This document shows positions 32,646 through 43,408 of a stretch of DNA of 64,000 nucleotides, one piece after another. Below the pieces are notes generated by a model. That model made no database searches and was not told the DNA's origin. It saw only the letters and a program-made list of their open reading frames with translations. The stretch's first letter is position 1, and every line of letters starts with the position of its first letter. The translations under genes and the position numbers were made by a program. This stretch comes from an uncultured Actinomycetes bacterium (GTDB taxonomy: Bacteria > Actinomycetota > UBA4738 > HRBIN12). The stretch is taken from NCBI GenBank assembly GCA_963828885.1, contig CAWHGC010000012.1, positions 33,068 through 97,067 on the forward strand, written 5' to 3'.

Positions 32646-32773
32646 GGCGTGCTCCTTTCGGTTCCCGGTCGCTGGCTGCGGCCGCTGGCGTGAGCGGCCA
32701 TCGTACCGGGCGGGCGTCGTTCGGCCTCGGATGCCGCTCCGGCACCGATCGCGGCCGATGCTTCGCAGGCACG

Positions 32774-33400
32774 ATGCCAGCCCCTTCGACCTGCCGGAAC
32801 TGCGGCGCCACGCTCCCAGCCCGACGTGCGCTGGTGCGGCGCTGTGCTCGGAGGCCGATGCAGCGAGTTCACGAGCCGCGGCCCGGTGCACCGAGCCGCG
32901 TTCCGTCGGCACGCGACGTCGCCGCGGATCCGTGCGGACCTCGCGCTGGCGCAGGAGCGAACCGGCGGTCGAGCCACACGACGGCTGGCAGAAGACCGCC
33001 GATCGTCGTTCGGCCGCGGTCAGCCGGTCGGTGATCACGGCGGTGCTGCTCGGCCTGGATCGTCAGCGCCTTCTGCACGATGTTCGTGTTCTTCTGGCTG
33101 GCTCATCGCTGGCGATCGGCGGGTGGATCCTGAAGCAGGTGTGGCGGAAGGGATCGGCATCGACCCCGAGGAGATCGTCGAGTCCGGCGCACCGACGACG
33201 GTGCCCGCACCGACCACCGCGCCCGCACCGCAGTTCATCCCGTTGCGGACGAAGGTCGCGTGGGTGGGCCTCGGCGTGGTCGTTCCTCGGAGCCGCCCTG
33301 GGGTTCGCATACGGCAACGAGTCCGTGCAGTCGGTGGTGCTGATGGGCGGCGGCCTCACGCCTGCTCGTGGGATGGTTCGCGTTCGTCCTGCGGAGCTGA
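32774..33400 (+). pseudogene. possible zinc-ribbon plus transmembrane protein, heavily frame-disrupted (tentative)
   Basis: ATG at 32774 gives ...CRNCGATLP.... Downstream, the frame with high third-position GC jumps at least 4 times. The pieces read [70 protein letters not shown] and LLVGWFAFVLRS*. Boundaries and the reality of the gene are uncertain. Confidence 0.3.
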
Positions 33401-33403
33401 GGC

Positions 33404-34150
33404 TCAGTCGTCCTCGCACGGGACCGCGCCGAAGCGGCGGCTGCGCTTCTGGAAGTCGCGGATCGCCTCGAACAGGACCTCGCGGCTGAAGTCCGGCCAG
33501 AAGATCGGCGTGAACCACAGCTCGGCGTAGGCGGCCCGCCACAGCAGGAAGTTCGAGATGCGCTGCTCGCCGCTGGTGCGGATCAGCAGGTCGGGGTCGG
33601 GCATCTCGGCGTCGTACAGGCGGTCGGCGATGACGGCCTCGGTGATCTTCTCGATGCGCAGCTCGCCGGCGTCGTGGTCGCGCACGATCTGCTTGACGGC
33701 GTCGACGATCTCCGCGCGGCCGCCGTAGTTGAACGCGATCGTGAGCGTCATGCCGGTGTTGTCGCGCGTGAGCTCCTCGGAGGTCTCGATCTCCTTCAGC
33801 ACCGAGCGCGGCACGCGCCAGTTCCGCAGGCCCATGAACCGGATGCGCACGTTCATCTCGTGCAGCTCGTCGCGGTGGCGCCGCAGGATCCCGCGGTTGA
33901 AGTTCATGAGGTACAGGACCTCGCCGGCGGGGCGCTTCCAGTTCTCCGTGCTGAACGCGTACACGGTCATCCAGCGGAGGCCGACCTCGACGCCGCCCTT
34001 GACGGTGTCGAACAGCGCCTCCTCGCCGGCGCCGTGGCCGTCGGTGCGCGGCAGGCCGCGCTGCTGCGCCCACCGGCCGTTGCCGTCCATCACGATGGCG
34101 ACGTGCGCCGGCACGCGTTCGCGGTCGATGTCGGACAGGTACGAGCTCAC
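33404..34150 (-). CDS. uppS: isoprenyl transferase (undecaprenyl-diphosphate synthase family)
   Basis: GTG at 34150 overlaps the recO stop (GTGA). Pattern HVAIVMDGNGRWA, YAFSTENWKRP, IRTSGEQRISNFLLWRAAYAEL. Intact. Confidence 0.9.
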   Translation of the reverse strand: MSSYLSDIDRERVPAHVAIVMDGNGRWAQQRGLPRTDGHGAGEEALFDTVKGGVEVGLRWMTVYAFSTENWKRPAGEVLYLMNFNRGILRRHRDELHEMNVRIRFMGLRNWRVPRSVLKEIETSEELTRDNTGMTLTIAFNYGGRAEIVDAVKQIVRDHDAGELRIEKITEAVIADRLYDAEMPDPDLLIRTSGEQRISNFLLWRAAYAELWFTPIFWPDFSREVLFEAIRDFQKRSRRFGAVPCEDD

Positions 34151-34887
34151 GGCGCGGTCCTCACGAGCATCGGCAGCGACTTCATCCGCCGGTCGAGGTG
34201 GTACTCGGCGAAGCCGTACAGCAGGGCGCGCGCCTCCTTGCGGACGCGGACCTCGGGCTCGACATACGACCCGGCCTCCCCCATCTCGGTGAGCGCCAAA
34301 CGCTGCAGCAGCGCGAGGGCGTCGCGGCTCACGGGACCGGCGCCCGGATCCGCGCAGCGGCTGCACACGGCCCCGCCCTGCCCGGCCGCGAACAGCTGCG
34401 GATCGGTGCTGCCGCAGACCGCGCACGCGGTGAGGCTGGGATGGAACCCGGAGAGCGACAGGAGCTTCAGCAGGAACGACTCGGCGACGGCGGACGGATC
34501 GACCGGCCCGGGCTCGAGGGCCCGCAGGCCGGCCAGCAGCAGGAGCGCGAGCCGGATGTTCTTCTCGTGCTCCTCGGCCACCTTGTCGACGGCCTCGAGC
34601 ATGGTCTCCCCCGCCGCGAACAGCGCGAGGTCGTCCCGCAGCGCCCGGTGCGAGGCGATGATCTCGGCCTGCGTGATGGTGTCGAGCGACCCGCGGCCGC
34701 GGTAGAGCATCAGCGACACGTGGGTGAACGGCTCCAGCCGCCCCCCGAACCTGCTGGTGGTCTTGCGGATGCCCTTCGCGACGGCCCGGACCTTGCCGGC
34801 CCCCTGGGTCATCACGGTCACGATCTTGTCGGCCTCGCCGAGCTTGATCGAGCGCAGGACGATCCCTTGTTCGCGATAGGGGGGCAT
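34147..34887 (-). CDS. recO: DNA repair protein RecO
   Basis: 246-aa intact ORF. OB-fold N-terminus (GIVLRSIKLGEADKIVTVMT...GKVRAVAKGIRK) and a Cys4 zinc motif (CAVCG...CSRC). Confidence 0.88.
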   Translation of the reverse strand: MPPYREQGIVLRSIKLGEADKIVTVMTQGAGKVRAVAKGIRKTTSRFGGRLEPFTHVSLMLYRGRGSLDTITQAEIIASHRALRDDLALFAAGETMLEAVDKVAEEHEKNIRLALLLLAGLRALEPGPVDPSAVAESFLLKLLSLSGFHPSLTACAVCGSTDPQLFAAGQGGAVCSRCADPGAGPVSRDALALLQRLALTEMGEAGSYVEPEVRVRKEARALLYGFAEYHLDRRMKSLPMLVRTAP

Positions 34888-34990
34888 CTGGGAAGCGTAG
34901 CGCCGGGGGGTGTGCCGGTCGCGGAGGCGGTATGGCGAATCTGTGACAAGCCGTTGCGCCGCCGAGGACCGGGTGGGTGGGACGAGGAGC

Positions 34991-35848
34991 TCAGGCGCCG
35001 ATCGGATGCCAGACGGTCTTGACCTCCATCAGCGCCGTCACCTCGTACGGGCTCTGGGCCTCGTCGGCGAACGGGTCGGCGTCGGGCGCGCGCACGACGC
35101 GCTTCACGTTCTCGGCCGCAGCGCGCTCCACCTCGGCGACCTGCTCGGGCGCCACGCCGGTCACGTCGATCGCGTTCACGTCCATGTGACCGGCCAGCCA
35201 CGGCACCAGCTCGGCCGTGATGCCGGTGAGGATGTTCACGACGCCGCCGGGCACGTCGGAGGTGGCGAGCACCTCGCCGAGCGAGACGGCCGGCAGCGGC
35301 GAGCGCTCGCTCGCGATGACGACGGCCGTGTTGCCGCCGACGACGGCCGGAGCCAGCCGGCTCACGAGCCCGAGCAGCGACTGGTCCTGCGGCGCCACGA
35401 TGCCGACGACGCCCGTGGGCTCCGGCACGGAGAAGTTGAAGTACGGCCCGGCGACCGGGTTCGACCCGCCGCGCACCTGCGCGATCTTGTCGGCCCACCC
35501 CGCGTACCAGACCCACCGGTCGATCGCGGCGTCGACGCCCCGGGCCGGGTCGGCCGCGCCGGCGTCGGCGAGCTCGGCCTCGAACTGCGCGCGCCGGCCC
35601 TCCATCAGCTCGGCGACCCGGTACAGGACCTGGCCGCGGTTGAAGGCGGTCCTGGCCGCCCAGCCGGCCTGCGCGCCGCGGGCGGCCTTCACGGCCTCGC
35701 GCAGGTCCTTGCGCGAGGCCTGCGCGGCGAACGCGAGCGGGCGGCCGTCGTGCGACGTCACCTCGTACGAACGCCCGGACTCGCTGCGCGGGAACTCGCC
35801 GCCGACGAACAGCTTCGCGGTGCGGCGGACGGGCAGGCGGTCGGTCAC
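34991..35848 (-). CDS. ALDH-family paralogue lacking the catalytic core (285 aa, no cysteine)
   Basis: GTG at 35848 overlaps the stop of the upstream ALDH gene (GTGA). The N-terminal/NAD-binding half resembles ALDH ([14 protein letters not shown]..., [10 protein letters not shown]..., [29 protein letters not shown]). It lacks ELGGK and GQxC motifs and ends with an ALDH-like tail, [11 protein letters not shown]. Confidence 0.6.
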   Translation of the reverse strand: MTDRLPVRRTAKLFVGGEFPRSESGRSYEVTSHDGRPLAFAAQASRKDLREAVKAARGAQAGWAARTAFNRGQVLYRVAELMEGRRAQFEAELADAGAADPARGVDAAIDRWVWYAGWADKIAQVRGGSNPVAGPYFNFSVPEPTGVVGIVAPQDQSLLGLVSRLAPAVVGGNTAVVIASERSPLPAVSLGEVLATSDVPGGVVNILTGITAELVPWLAGHMDVNAIDVTGVAPEQVAEVERAAAENVKRVVRAPDADPFADEAQSPYEVTALMEVKTVWHPIGA

Positions 35849-37301
35849 GGCGTCAGCTCCACGTAGGCCTCGAGGCCGTGCTGTCCGCCCTCGCGGCCGA
35901 ACCCGCTCTCCTTGTAGCCGCCGAACGGCGAGGCAGGGTCGAACCGGTTGAACGTGTTCGCCCACACGACGCCGGCGCGCAGCCGCTGCGCCATCCACAG
36001 GATCCGCGAGCCCTTGTCGGTCCAGACGCCGGCCGACAGACCGTACGGCGTGTTGTTCGCCTTCTCGACGGCCTCCTCGGCCGTGCGGAACGTGAGGATC
36101 GACAGCACCGGCCCGAAGATCTCCTCGCGCGCGATGCGGTGCGACTGCGACACGCCGGTGAACAGCGTGGGCCGGAACCAGAACCCGCGCTCGGGCAGGA
36201 CGCACTCGGGCTGGTAGATCTCGGCGCCCTCCTCGACGCCGCTCTCCACGAGCTCCTCGATCTTCGTGAGCTGCGCGCGCGAGTTGATGGCGCCGACGTC
36301 GGTGTTCTTGTCGAGCGGATCGCCGACGCGCAGCGTCTGCAGCCGGTCCTTCAGCTTCGCGAGCAGCGGCTCGAACACCGGCTCCTCGACGAGCAGCCGC
36401 GAGCCGGCGCAGCACACGTGCCCCTGGTTGAAGAAGATGCCGTTGATGACGCCCTCGACGGCCTGGTCGATCGGCGCGTCCTCGAACACGATGTTGGCGG
36501 CCTTGCCGCCGAGCTCGAGCGTCAGGCGCTTCGGCGTGCCGGCCGTCGCGCGCCGGATCGCCTTGCCCACCTCCGTCGAGCCCGTGAACGCGATCTTGTC
36601 GACGGGCGAGTCCACGAGCGCGGCGCCGGTCTCCCCCGCGCCCGGTCACGATGTTCACGACGCCCGGCGGCAGCTCGGCCTCCTGCAGCACCTCGGCGAG
36701 CAGCAGCGCGGTGAGCGGCGTCGTCTCGGCGGGCTTCAGCACGCAGGTGTTGCCGGTCGCGAGCGCCGGCGCCAGCTTCCACGCCGCCATCAGCAGCGGG
36801 AAGTTCCACGGGATGATCTGGCCGGCGACGCCGAGCGGCCGCGCCGTGCGCCCCGGGAACGCGTACGTCGAGCTTGTCGGCCCAGCCCGCGTAGTAGAAG
36901 AAGTGCGCGGCGGCGAGCGGCACGTCGACGTCGCGCGACTCCTTGATCGGCTTGCCGCCGTTCATGCTCTCCAGCACCGCGAACTCGCGCGAGCGCTCCT
37001 GCAGCAGCCGCGCGATCCGGTACACGAACTTCGCGCGCTCGGAGCCCGGCAGCGCCTGCCAGGCGGTGGAGGCGGCGCGCGCGGCCTCGACGGCGCGCCC
37101 GACGTCCTCGGGCCCGGCCTCGGCGATCTCGGCCAGCGGCTCCTCGGTCGCCGGCGAGATCGTCGTGAAGAACCGGCCGCTCTTCGGATCGACGAACTCG
37201 CCGTCGATGAACAGGCCGTAGCGGTCGCGCAGCCGCACGACGTCGGTCGACTCCGGCGCCGGCGCGTACTCGAACGGCGTCGCGCGCTCGATCGCGTCCA
37301 T
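35845..37301 (-). pseudogene. aldehyde dehydrogenase (NAD(P)+), two frame disruptions
   Basis: The three frame segments join into a ~484-aa ALDH. Motifs: [77 protein letters not shown]. Shifts at ~36868 and ~36640, the latter in a G5 run. The ATG shares one nt with the deoC stop (TGATG). Confidence 0.85.
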
Positions 37302-38255
37302 CAGTCCACCGTCACGTAGTCGGGGCCGTCGTAGCGGCCGGTGCGCTCCTTGTGGATCTGCATCAGCACGTCGTTCAGCAGGCTCGACGCGCCGATCCGG
37401 AACAGCTCCGGCGACATCCACGTGGGCCCGAGCGTCTCCTGCACCAGCACGAGGTACTGGATCGCGTTCTTCGACGCGCGAACGCCGCCCGCCACCTTGA
37501 CGCCGATCCGGCGGCCGGTCTCGGCGTGGAAGTCGCGCGCCGCCTCCATCATGCAGAGGGCCGCCGGCAGGGTCGCGCTCACGCCGATCTTGCCGGTGGA
37601 GGTCTTGATGAAGTCGGCGCCGGCCGCCATCGCCAGGACGCTCGCCTGCCGGATCCGGTCGTACGAGCCCAGCTCCCCGGTCTCCAGGATCACCTTCAGG
37701 TGGACGTCGCCGGCGGCCTCGCGGGCCGCCACGAGCTCCTCGAACGCCTGCGCGTACCGCCCGCCCAGGAAGAGCGACCGGTTCAGCACGATGTCGACCT
37801 CGTCGGCGCCCATCTCGACGACGTCGCGGATCTCCCGCGAGGCGCGAGTCGAGCGGCGTGAGACCGGCCGGGAACCCGCCGGCGACGCTCGCGACGCGCA
37901 CGCCGGTGCCGCGCAGCTGCTCGACGGCGATCGGCACGAGCTGCGGGTACAGGCAGACGGCGCCGACCGACGGGATGGACGCGTCGGTCGGGTCGGGGCG
38001 CACGGCCTTCGCGCAGATCGCGACGATCTTGCCCGGCGTGTCGGCGCCCTCGAGCGTGGTGAGGTCCATGCACCGGATCGCGAGGTCCAGCGCGCGCAGC
38101 TTCGAGTCCTTCTTGATCGAGCGCGTGGCGAGCGCCGCCGCCCGCTGCTCGAGGCCGACCGCGTCGACCGCCGGGACGCGCGCGACCAGCCGCGGCGCGT
38201 CCTTCGCGCGGGCGACGGGCCCGCCGACCGGCTGGATGTGAGCTGCCGAGGACAT
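37301..38255 (-). pseudogene. deoC: deoxyribose-phosphate aldolase, one frame disruption
   Basis: The N-terminal part lies in the frame of ORF 36522..38777 from ATG 38255 (LDLAIRCMDLTTLEG...VCLYPQLV). The C-terminal part equals ORF 37301..37813 (ADEVDIVLN..., FIKTSTGK). Shift at ~37845. Confidence 0.82.
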
Positions 38256-38393
38256 GCGCCTGCTTCCTGGTCGGGACCCGGCCATGGTAGCCGCTCCCTC
38301 AGCCACGCACGCCGGCGGCGGCTCCCCGCCGACGGGCGCCGCTGGGCTAGGCTTCGGCGGTCGGATCACCAGGCCGAGACGAGAGGGGACGCG

Positions 38394-38810
38394 ATGCGCA
38401 GGGCACTGTTCGCGCTGGCGGCGATGCTGATCCTGGCCGGAACGGCCTGCAGCAGCAGCTCCAGCACCACCCAGCCGAGCGACAACGGAGGGCCGGTCAT
38501 CACGGACAGCGGCAGCGGGGGTTGCACCGAGGCCAACGCCACCGACCTCACCGGCGACGACCCGTTCACGCTCACGATGGAGAACTTCCGGTGGAACCCC
38601 GACTGCTTCAAGGTCTCCGGCTCGTCGTCGATCACGGTCGTGAACAAGGACCCGCAGAACCACACCTTCACGATCCCCAACACCCAGGTCGACGTGCCGC
38701 TGGCGCCCAACAAGACGTTCAACGGAGAGTCGGCGAACCTCTCGCCCGGCACCTACCCGTTCCTGTGCACGATCCACCCGAACATCACCGGCACGATCAT
38801 CGTGGTGTAG
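38394..38810 (+). CDS. cupredoxin-like lipoprotein (paralogue of 22747..23227)
   Basis: ATG at 38394. Lipobox LILAGTAC, Ser/Thr linker. The cupredoxin core contains NHTF and PGTYPFLCTIHPNITGTIIVV (Cys-x2-His), with no Met at the axial position seen in the paralogue. Confidence 0.7.
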   Translation: MRRALFALAAMLILAGTACSSSSSTTQPSDNGGPVITDSGSGGCTEANATDLTGDDPFTLTMENFRWNPDCFKVSGSSSITVVNKDPQNHTFTIPNTQVDVPLAPNKTFNGESANLSPGTYPFLCTIHPNITGTIIVV

Positions 38811-38817
38811 CGACCGT

Positions 38818-39705
38818 CTAGAAGCCGAGACGGTTCAGGGCCTTCGGGTCGCGCTGCCACTCCTTCAGGACCTTCACGCGCAGGTCCAGGTAGATCTTCG
38901 TGCCGAGCAGCGGCTCCATCTGGCCGCGCGCCATCGTGCCGATCTGCTTGAGGGTCGCGCCGCCGTGGCCGATCAGGATGCCCTTCTGCGAGTCGCGTTC
39001 CACGACGATCGTCGCGTACACCTTCGTGAGGTCGCCCTCGCGCTCGATCTCCTCGACGAGCACGGCGACCGAGTGCGGGACCTCCTCGCGCGTGACGCGC
39101 AACGCCTGCTCGCGCACGAGCTCGGCCAGCCGGATGTCGATCGGCTGGTCGGTCACGTCGTGGTCGGGGTACAGCGGCGGCCCCTCCGGCAGCCGCTCGA
39201 CGACCAGGCGCAGCACGGTGTCGACGCCGTCGCCCGTGTACGCCGAGACCGGCACGATCTCGTCGAACTCCCCCAGCGCCGCGGCCAACTGCAGCTGCGG
39301 GATCGCCAGGCCCCGCTTCAGCCGGTCGATCTTGTTGACGACGCAGATGCGCGCGGCACCCTCGGCGCCGGCCACCTGCCGCTCGTACACGAAGCGGTCG
39401 CCGCGCCCGACGCCGGTGGCGCCGTCGACGACCAGCACGACCACGTCCACGCCCTCGACGGCGGCGGCGACGGCCTCGTTCAGCCGGGTGCCGAGCAGCG
39501 TGCGCGGCTTGTGGAAGCCGGGCGTGTCGGTGAACACCACCTGCGCCTGCTCGGTCGTCAGGATCGCGCGGATGTCGCGGCGCGTCGTCTGCGGCTTGTC
39601 GGAGACGATGGCCACCTTCTCGCCGACGAGCGCGTTCACGAGCGTCGACTTGCCCACGTTCGGGCGGCCGACGACCGCCACCACCCCCGAGCGGAAGCCC
39701 GCCAC
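38818..39705 (-). CDS. era: GTPase Era
   Basis: 295-aa intact ORF. G motifs GRPNVGKST, DTPG and NKID, plus a KH-domain C-terminus (ERDSQKGILIGHGG). Confidence 0.92.
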   Translation of the reverse strand: MAGFRSGVVAVVGRPNVGKSTLVNALVGEKVAIVSDKPQTTRRDIRAILTTEQAQVVFTDTPGFHKPRTLLGTRLNEAVAAAVEGVDVVVLVVDGATGVGRGDRFVYERQVAGAEGAARICVVNKIDRLKRGLAIPQLQLAAALGEFDEIVPVSAYTGDGVDTVLRLVVERLPEGPPLYPDHDVTDQPIDIRLAELVREQALRVTREEVPHSVAVLVEEIEREGDLTKVYATIVVERDSQKGILIGHGGATLKQIGTMARGQMEPLLGTKIYLDLRVKVLKEWQRDPKALNRLGF

Positions 39706-39706
39706 G

Positions 39707-40138
39707 CTAGGGCAGATCGCTCGGGCCGAAGGCGTGCGGCAGGAGCTCGGCCAGCGGCCAGCGCGCGCGCTCGCCCTTCAGCGTCACCGCGAGGACGACG
39801 GCCTCGGGGCCGAACTCCCACAGGCACTGCCGGCAGCCGCCGCACGGCGGAGTTGGCGTGGCGCCGTCGGTGACGACGGCGACGGCGTCGACGCGGCGCC
39901 CGCCGGCCGCCACCATCGCGGCGACGGCGTTCCGCTCCGCGCAGACGCTGATCGGGTAGCTCGCGTTCTCCACGTTCACGCCGGTGAACACACGGCCCTC
40001 GGCCAGCAGCGCGGCGCCGACCGCGAACCCGCTGTACGGCGCGTACGCCTGCTCGCGGACGGCGCGCGCGGCCTCGACCAGTCCCTCGAGCGCGGCCTCG
40101 TCCAGGGCCGGGCGGTCGACCGGCGCGGCCTCACTCAC
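39707..40138 (-). CDS. cdd: cytidine deaminase
   Basis: GTG at 40138. Motifs PYSGFAVGAALL, CAERNA and PCGGCRQ (zinc ligands). 143 aa. Overlaps the end of the upstream gene by 8 nt. Confidence 0.85.
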   Translation of the reverse strand: MSEAAPVDRPALDEAALEGLVEAARAVREQAYAPYSGFAVGAALLAEGRVFTGVNVENASYPISVCAERNAVAAMVAAGGRRVDAVAVVTDGATPTPPCGGCRQCLWEFGPEAVVLAVTLKGERARWPLAELLPHAFGPSDLP

Positions 40139-41430
40139 CGGCCACCTCCGCCTGCGCCGGCTGGGTCTCGGTCGTGTCGTCCTGCGGCACGCGCGTGATG
40201 AGCACCTTCGCGATGCGGCGGCCAAGGACCTGCTCCGCGCGGAAGCGCAGGCCCTGGAACTCCAGCTCCTCGCCGTCCTTCGGGATCCTGCCGAACAGGT
40301 CGAGCACGAACCCCGCGACCGTGTCCCACTCCTCGTCCGGCAGCTCGACGCCGAGGACGTCGTTCACGTCGTCGATCGAGGCCTTGCCGCTCACCCGGTA
40401 CACGCCCTCCTCGACCTCGGCGATCTCGGGCTCCTCCTGGTCGTACTCGTCGGTGATCTCGCCGACGAGCTCCTCCAGCAGGTCCTCGAGCGTCACGAGG
40501 CCGCTCACCGAGCCGTACTCGTCGGTGACGATCGCGATGTGGAACTTCTCCTTCTGCATCTCGCGCAGGAGGTCGGCGATCTTCTTCGTCTCCGGCACGT
40601 AGTGGGCCTCGCGCACGATCTCGGCGAGGGGGCTGTCCTGCTTGCCCTGGTGCAGCGCCTTCAGCACGTCCTTCGCGTAACAGATGCCCACGATCTCGTC
40701 GAGCTCCTCGTGGAAGACCGGCACGCGCGAGTAGCCGTGCGTGAGCACGAGCGCCTGCACGTCGCGCAGGGCCTTGTCGTCCTCGACGGCGACGATGTCG
40801 GGGCGCGGCACCATGACCTCGCGCACGATCGTGTCGCCGAACTCGAAGATCGAGTGGATCAGGTCGCGCTCGCCGACCTCGATCTGCGCCTCGTCGGAGG
40901 CCACCTCGGCGTACGCGCGGATCTCCTGCTCCGTGACGTACGGGCCCTCCTTCAGGCCCTTGCCCGGCATGATGATGTTGGCGAAGCGCAGCAACAGCCT
41001 CGCGAACGGGCCGAGCAGGCCGCCGATCAGCCACAGGAGCGGCGCCGCGCGCAGCGCCACCCGGTCGGTCTGCTGGATCGCGAACGTCTTCGGCGTCACC
41101 TCCGCGAACACGAACAGCAGCAGCGTCATGACGACCGTCGAGATGATCTCGCCCGCCGTGTGGAAGTGCCGCACCGCGATGGACGTGGCGATCGTCGTGC
41201 CGCCGATCGTCGCCAGCAGCGTGATGAGCAGCACCACGTTGAGGTAGGGCGCCGGGTTCTCCGTGATCTTCACGAGCTGCTCGGCCGACCGGCTCTTGCG
41301 CTCCTCGACCAGCCGCATCGCGCGCACGCGGTTCGTGCGCGTGAGCGCGACCTCGGACGCCGCCATGACGGCGACGACGAGGATGCTCAGACAGCACGAG
41401 GACGATCTCGAACCAGTCGGTGCTCGTCAC
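40131..41430 (-). pseudogene. hemolysin-family DUF21/CBS-pair/CorC_HlyC protein, one frame disruption near the 5' end
   Basis: GTG at 41430 (VTSTDWFEIVLVL...) overlaps the ybeY stop. The frame changes at ~41390 into ORF 40131..41366, which carries DUF21 TM helices, tandem CBS domains and a CorC C-terminus. Confidence 0.85.
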
Positions 41431-41865
41431 GGCGTGCGCACCCCGCTGTACCGCTCCTGGCGCGCCCACATGGCGGCGCGCTCGTCGGCGTCCTCGTGGT
41501 CGTAGCCGAGGACGTGCAGGATCCCGTGCACGAGCAGCAGCCGCAGCTCGGCGGCCGGGTCCTCGGGGTTGTTGCGCGCGGCGACGGCCGGCGCGATGAC
41601 CACGTCGCCCAGCACGCGGACCCCGTGATGCTCCTCCTCGTCGAGCGGGAAGCTGAGGACGTCGGTCGGTCCGGCCTCGTCCATGTACCGGACGTGCAGC
41701 TCCTCCATCTCGGCGTCGTCGACGAACGAGACCGACAGCTCGACGGCGCCGAGGCCCTCGCCGAGCAGCGTCGTGCGCGCGAGGTCGACGAGCCCGGCCT
41801 CGTCGACCGGCAGGGTCTGCCGGTCGGAGACGAGGATCAGCGGGTTGCCCGGGGTCGTCGGTCAT
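41427..41865 (-). pseudogene. ybeY: rRNA maturation endoribonuclease YbeY, one frame disruption near the 5' end
   Basis: ATG at 41865 (MTDDPG). Removing one base from the cccgggc context at ~41847 gives NPLILVSDRQTLPVDEAG..., which continues into ORF 41427..41708 with HGILHVLGYDH (the zinc H-x3-H-x5-H motif). Confidence 0.82.
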
Positions 41866-41883
41866 GCGAGGAAGGGTGCCACG

Positions 41884-42864
41884 TCAGCCCTCGGCGGTCG
41901 AGCGCCGCTGCTCGCCGAAGACCCGGTAGGCCTCCACGATGTCCTGCACGATCTTGTGGCGCACCACGTCCCGGGCGCCCAGGTGGCAGAAGCTGATGCC
42001 CTCGATGTCGCCCAGGATCTCCTCGATGACGCGAAGGCCGGAGGACTGCCCGGTCGGCAGGTCGACCTGCGTGGCGTCGCCGTTCACGACGGCCTTCGAG
42101 CCGAAGCCGATCCGGGTGAGGAACATCTTCATCTGCTCGGGCGTGGTGTTCTGCGCCTCGTCGAGGATGATGAACGCGTCGTTCAGCGTGCGGCCGCGCA
42201 TGTACGCCAGCGGCGCCACCTCGATCGTGCCGCGCTCCATCAGCCGCGGCAGCGTGTCGGCGCCCGTCATCTCGAACAGCGCGTCGTACAGCGGCCGCAT
42301 GTACGGGTCGATCTTCTCCGACAGCGTGCCGGGCAGGTAGCCCAGGCGCTCGCCGGCCTCGACGGCCGGCCGCGTGAGGATCAGCCGCGACACCTGGTGG
42401 TCCTGCAGCGCCCGCACGGCCGTCGCGACCGCGAGGTAGGTCTTGCCGGTGCCGGCCGGACCGATCGCGAACGTCACGGTGTGACCGCGGATCGCGTCCA
42501 CGTACTGCTTCTGCCCGAGCGTCTTCGGCGTCACGCCCTTGCCGCGCGCGGTCAGCAGCGTGTCGCCGAGCACCTCGCTCGGGCGGGCCTCGTTGCCGCG
42601 GATCAGCTCGATCGTGTGGCCGACGGACGAGGCCGTCAGCTCGTGGCCCTTCTCGAGCAGGATCAGGAGCTCCTCGAACAGGCGCGCCACGTGTTCGGCC
42701 TCGTCGGCGGGCCCGCTGATCGTGATCTCGTTCCCGCGAACGAGGATCTGGGATTCGAAGGCGTCCTCGATGATCTTGAGGAAGGCGTCGCGCTGGCCGA
42801 GGAGGGCCACCATCGGCTGGCTGCCCGGGACGAGGATCTTCACTTGGGTGGTGGGGACGGCCAA
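41884..42864 (-). CDS. phoH: PhoH-family ATPase
   Basis: 326-aa intact ORF. Walker [12 protein letters not shown], Walker [10 protein letters not shown], PhoH signature. Confidence 0.9.
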   Translation of the reverse strand: MAVPTTQVKILVPGSQPMVALLGQRDAFLKIIEDAFESQILVRGNEITISGPADEAEHVARLFEELLILLEKGHELTASSVGHTIELIRGNEARPSEVLGDTLLTARGKGVTPKTLGQKQYVDAIRGHTVTFAIGPAGTGKTYLAVATAVRALQDHQVSRLILTRPAVEAGERLGYLPGTLSEKIDPYMRPLYDALFEMTGADTLPRLMERGTIEVAPLAYMRGRTLNDAFIILDEAQNTTPEQMKMFLTRIGFGSKAVVNGDATQVDLPTGQSSGLRVIEEILGDIEGISFCHLGARDVVRHKIVQDIVEAYRVFGEQRRSTAEG

Positions 42865-42949
42865 ACGGCGTTCGTGGGGGTCTCCCCCGCTCTCCTCTCC
42901 TCGACGCCCGGGTCGCAGGTGGCGGCCCGGTTGTTGCCTCCCGATGATT

Positions 42950-43306
42950 CTACCCGGGCGGCCACGCCATCCGTCGGCCGCCCAGCAGGTGGACGTGCAG
43001 GTGGAAGACGGACTGGCCGGCGTCGGGACCCACGTTCGTGACCAGGCGCCAGCCGCCCTCGAGGCCCTCGGTGTCGGCCAGGTGGGCGGCCGTCATCGCG
43101 ACGTCGACCAGCACCGGGCCGTGGCGCTCCTCGATGTCGGCGATCGACTCCAGGTGCTCCTTCGGGATGATGAGGATGTGGGTGGGCGCCTTCGGGTCGA
43201 GGTCGCGGAAGGCCACCACGGACGCGGTCTCGTGCAGGATCTCCGCGGGGATCTCCCGGGCCGCGATCCGGCAGAAGACGCAGTCGGTCGAGAGGAGGTC
43301 GCTCAT
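42950..43306 (-). CDS. histidine triad (HIT) nucleotide-binding protein
   Basis: 118 aa. CVFCRI N-terminus and the HIT motif HLHVHLLGG. Confidence 0.88.
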   Translation of the reverse strand: MSDLLSTDCVFCRIAAREIPAEILHETASVVAFRDLDPKAPTHILIIPKEHLESIADIEERHGPVLVDVAMTAAHLADTEGLEGGWRLVTNVGPDAGQSVFHLHVHLLGGRRMAWPPG

Positions 43307-43408
43307 GGCGGCAGACTACTCTGAAGGCCCGCCGAGCCGATATCCTGTTCCACGCCTCGGCAACCTCGCACCCCCCGGTGCCCGCCCGTGAAGGAGATGA
43401 TCGGCTCC

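Noticed and set aside
32646-33000. Possible T-box leader upstream of glyQS.
   Set aside because: I could not find the conserved T-box sequence (..GGTGGTACCGCG..), an AGAGA-type box, or a specifier-loop arrangement with a GGC codon. Only a short generic hairpin (GGCCGC...GCGGCC) is present.
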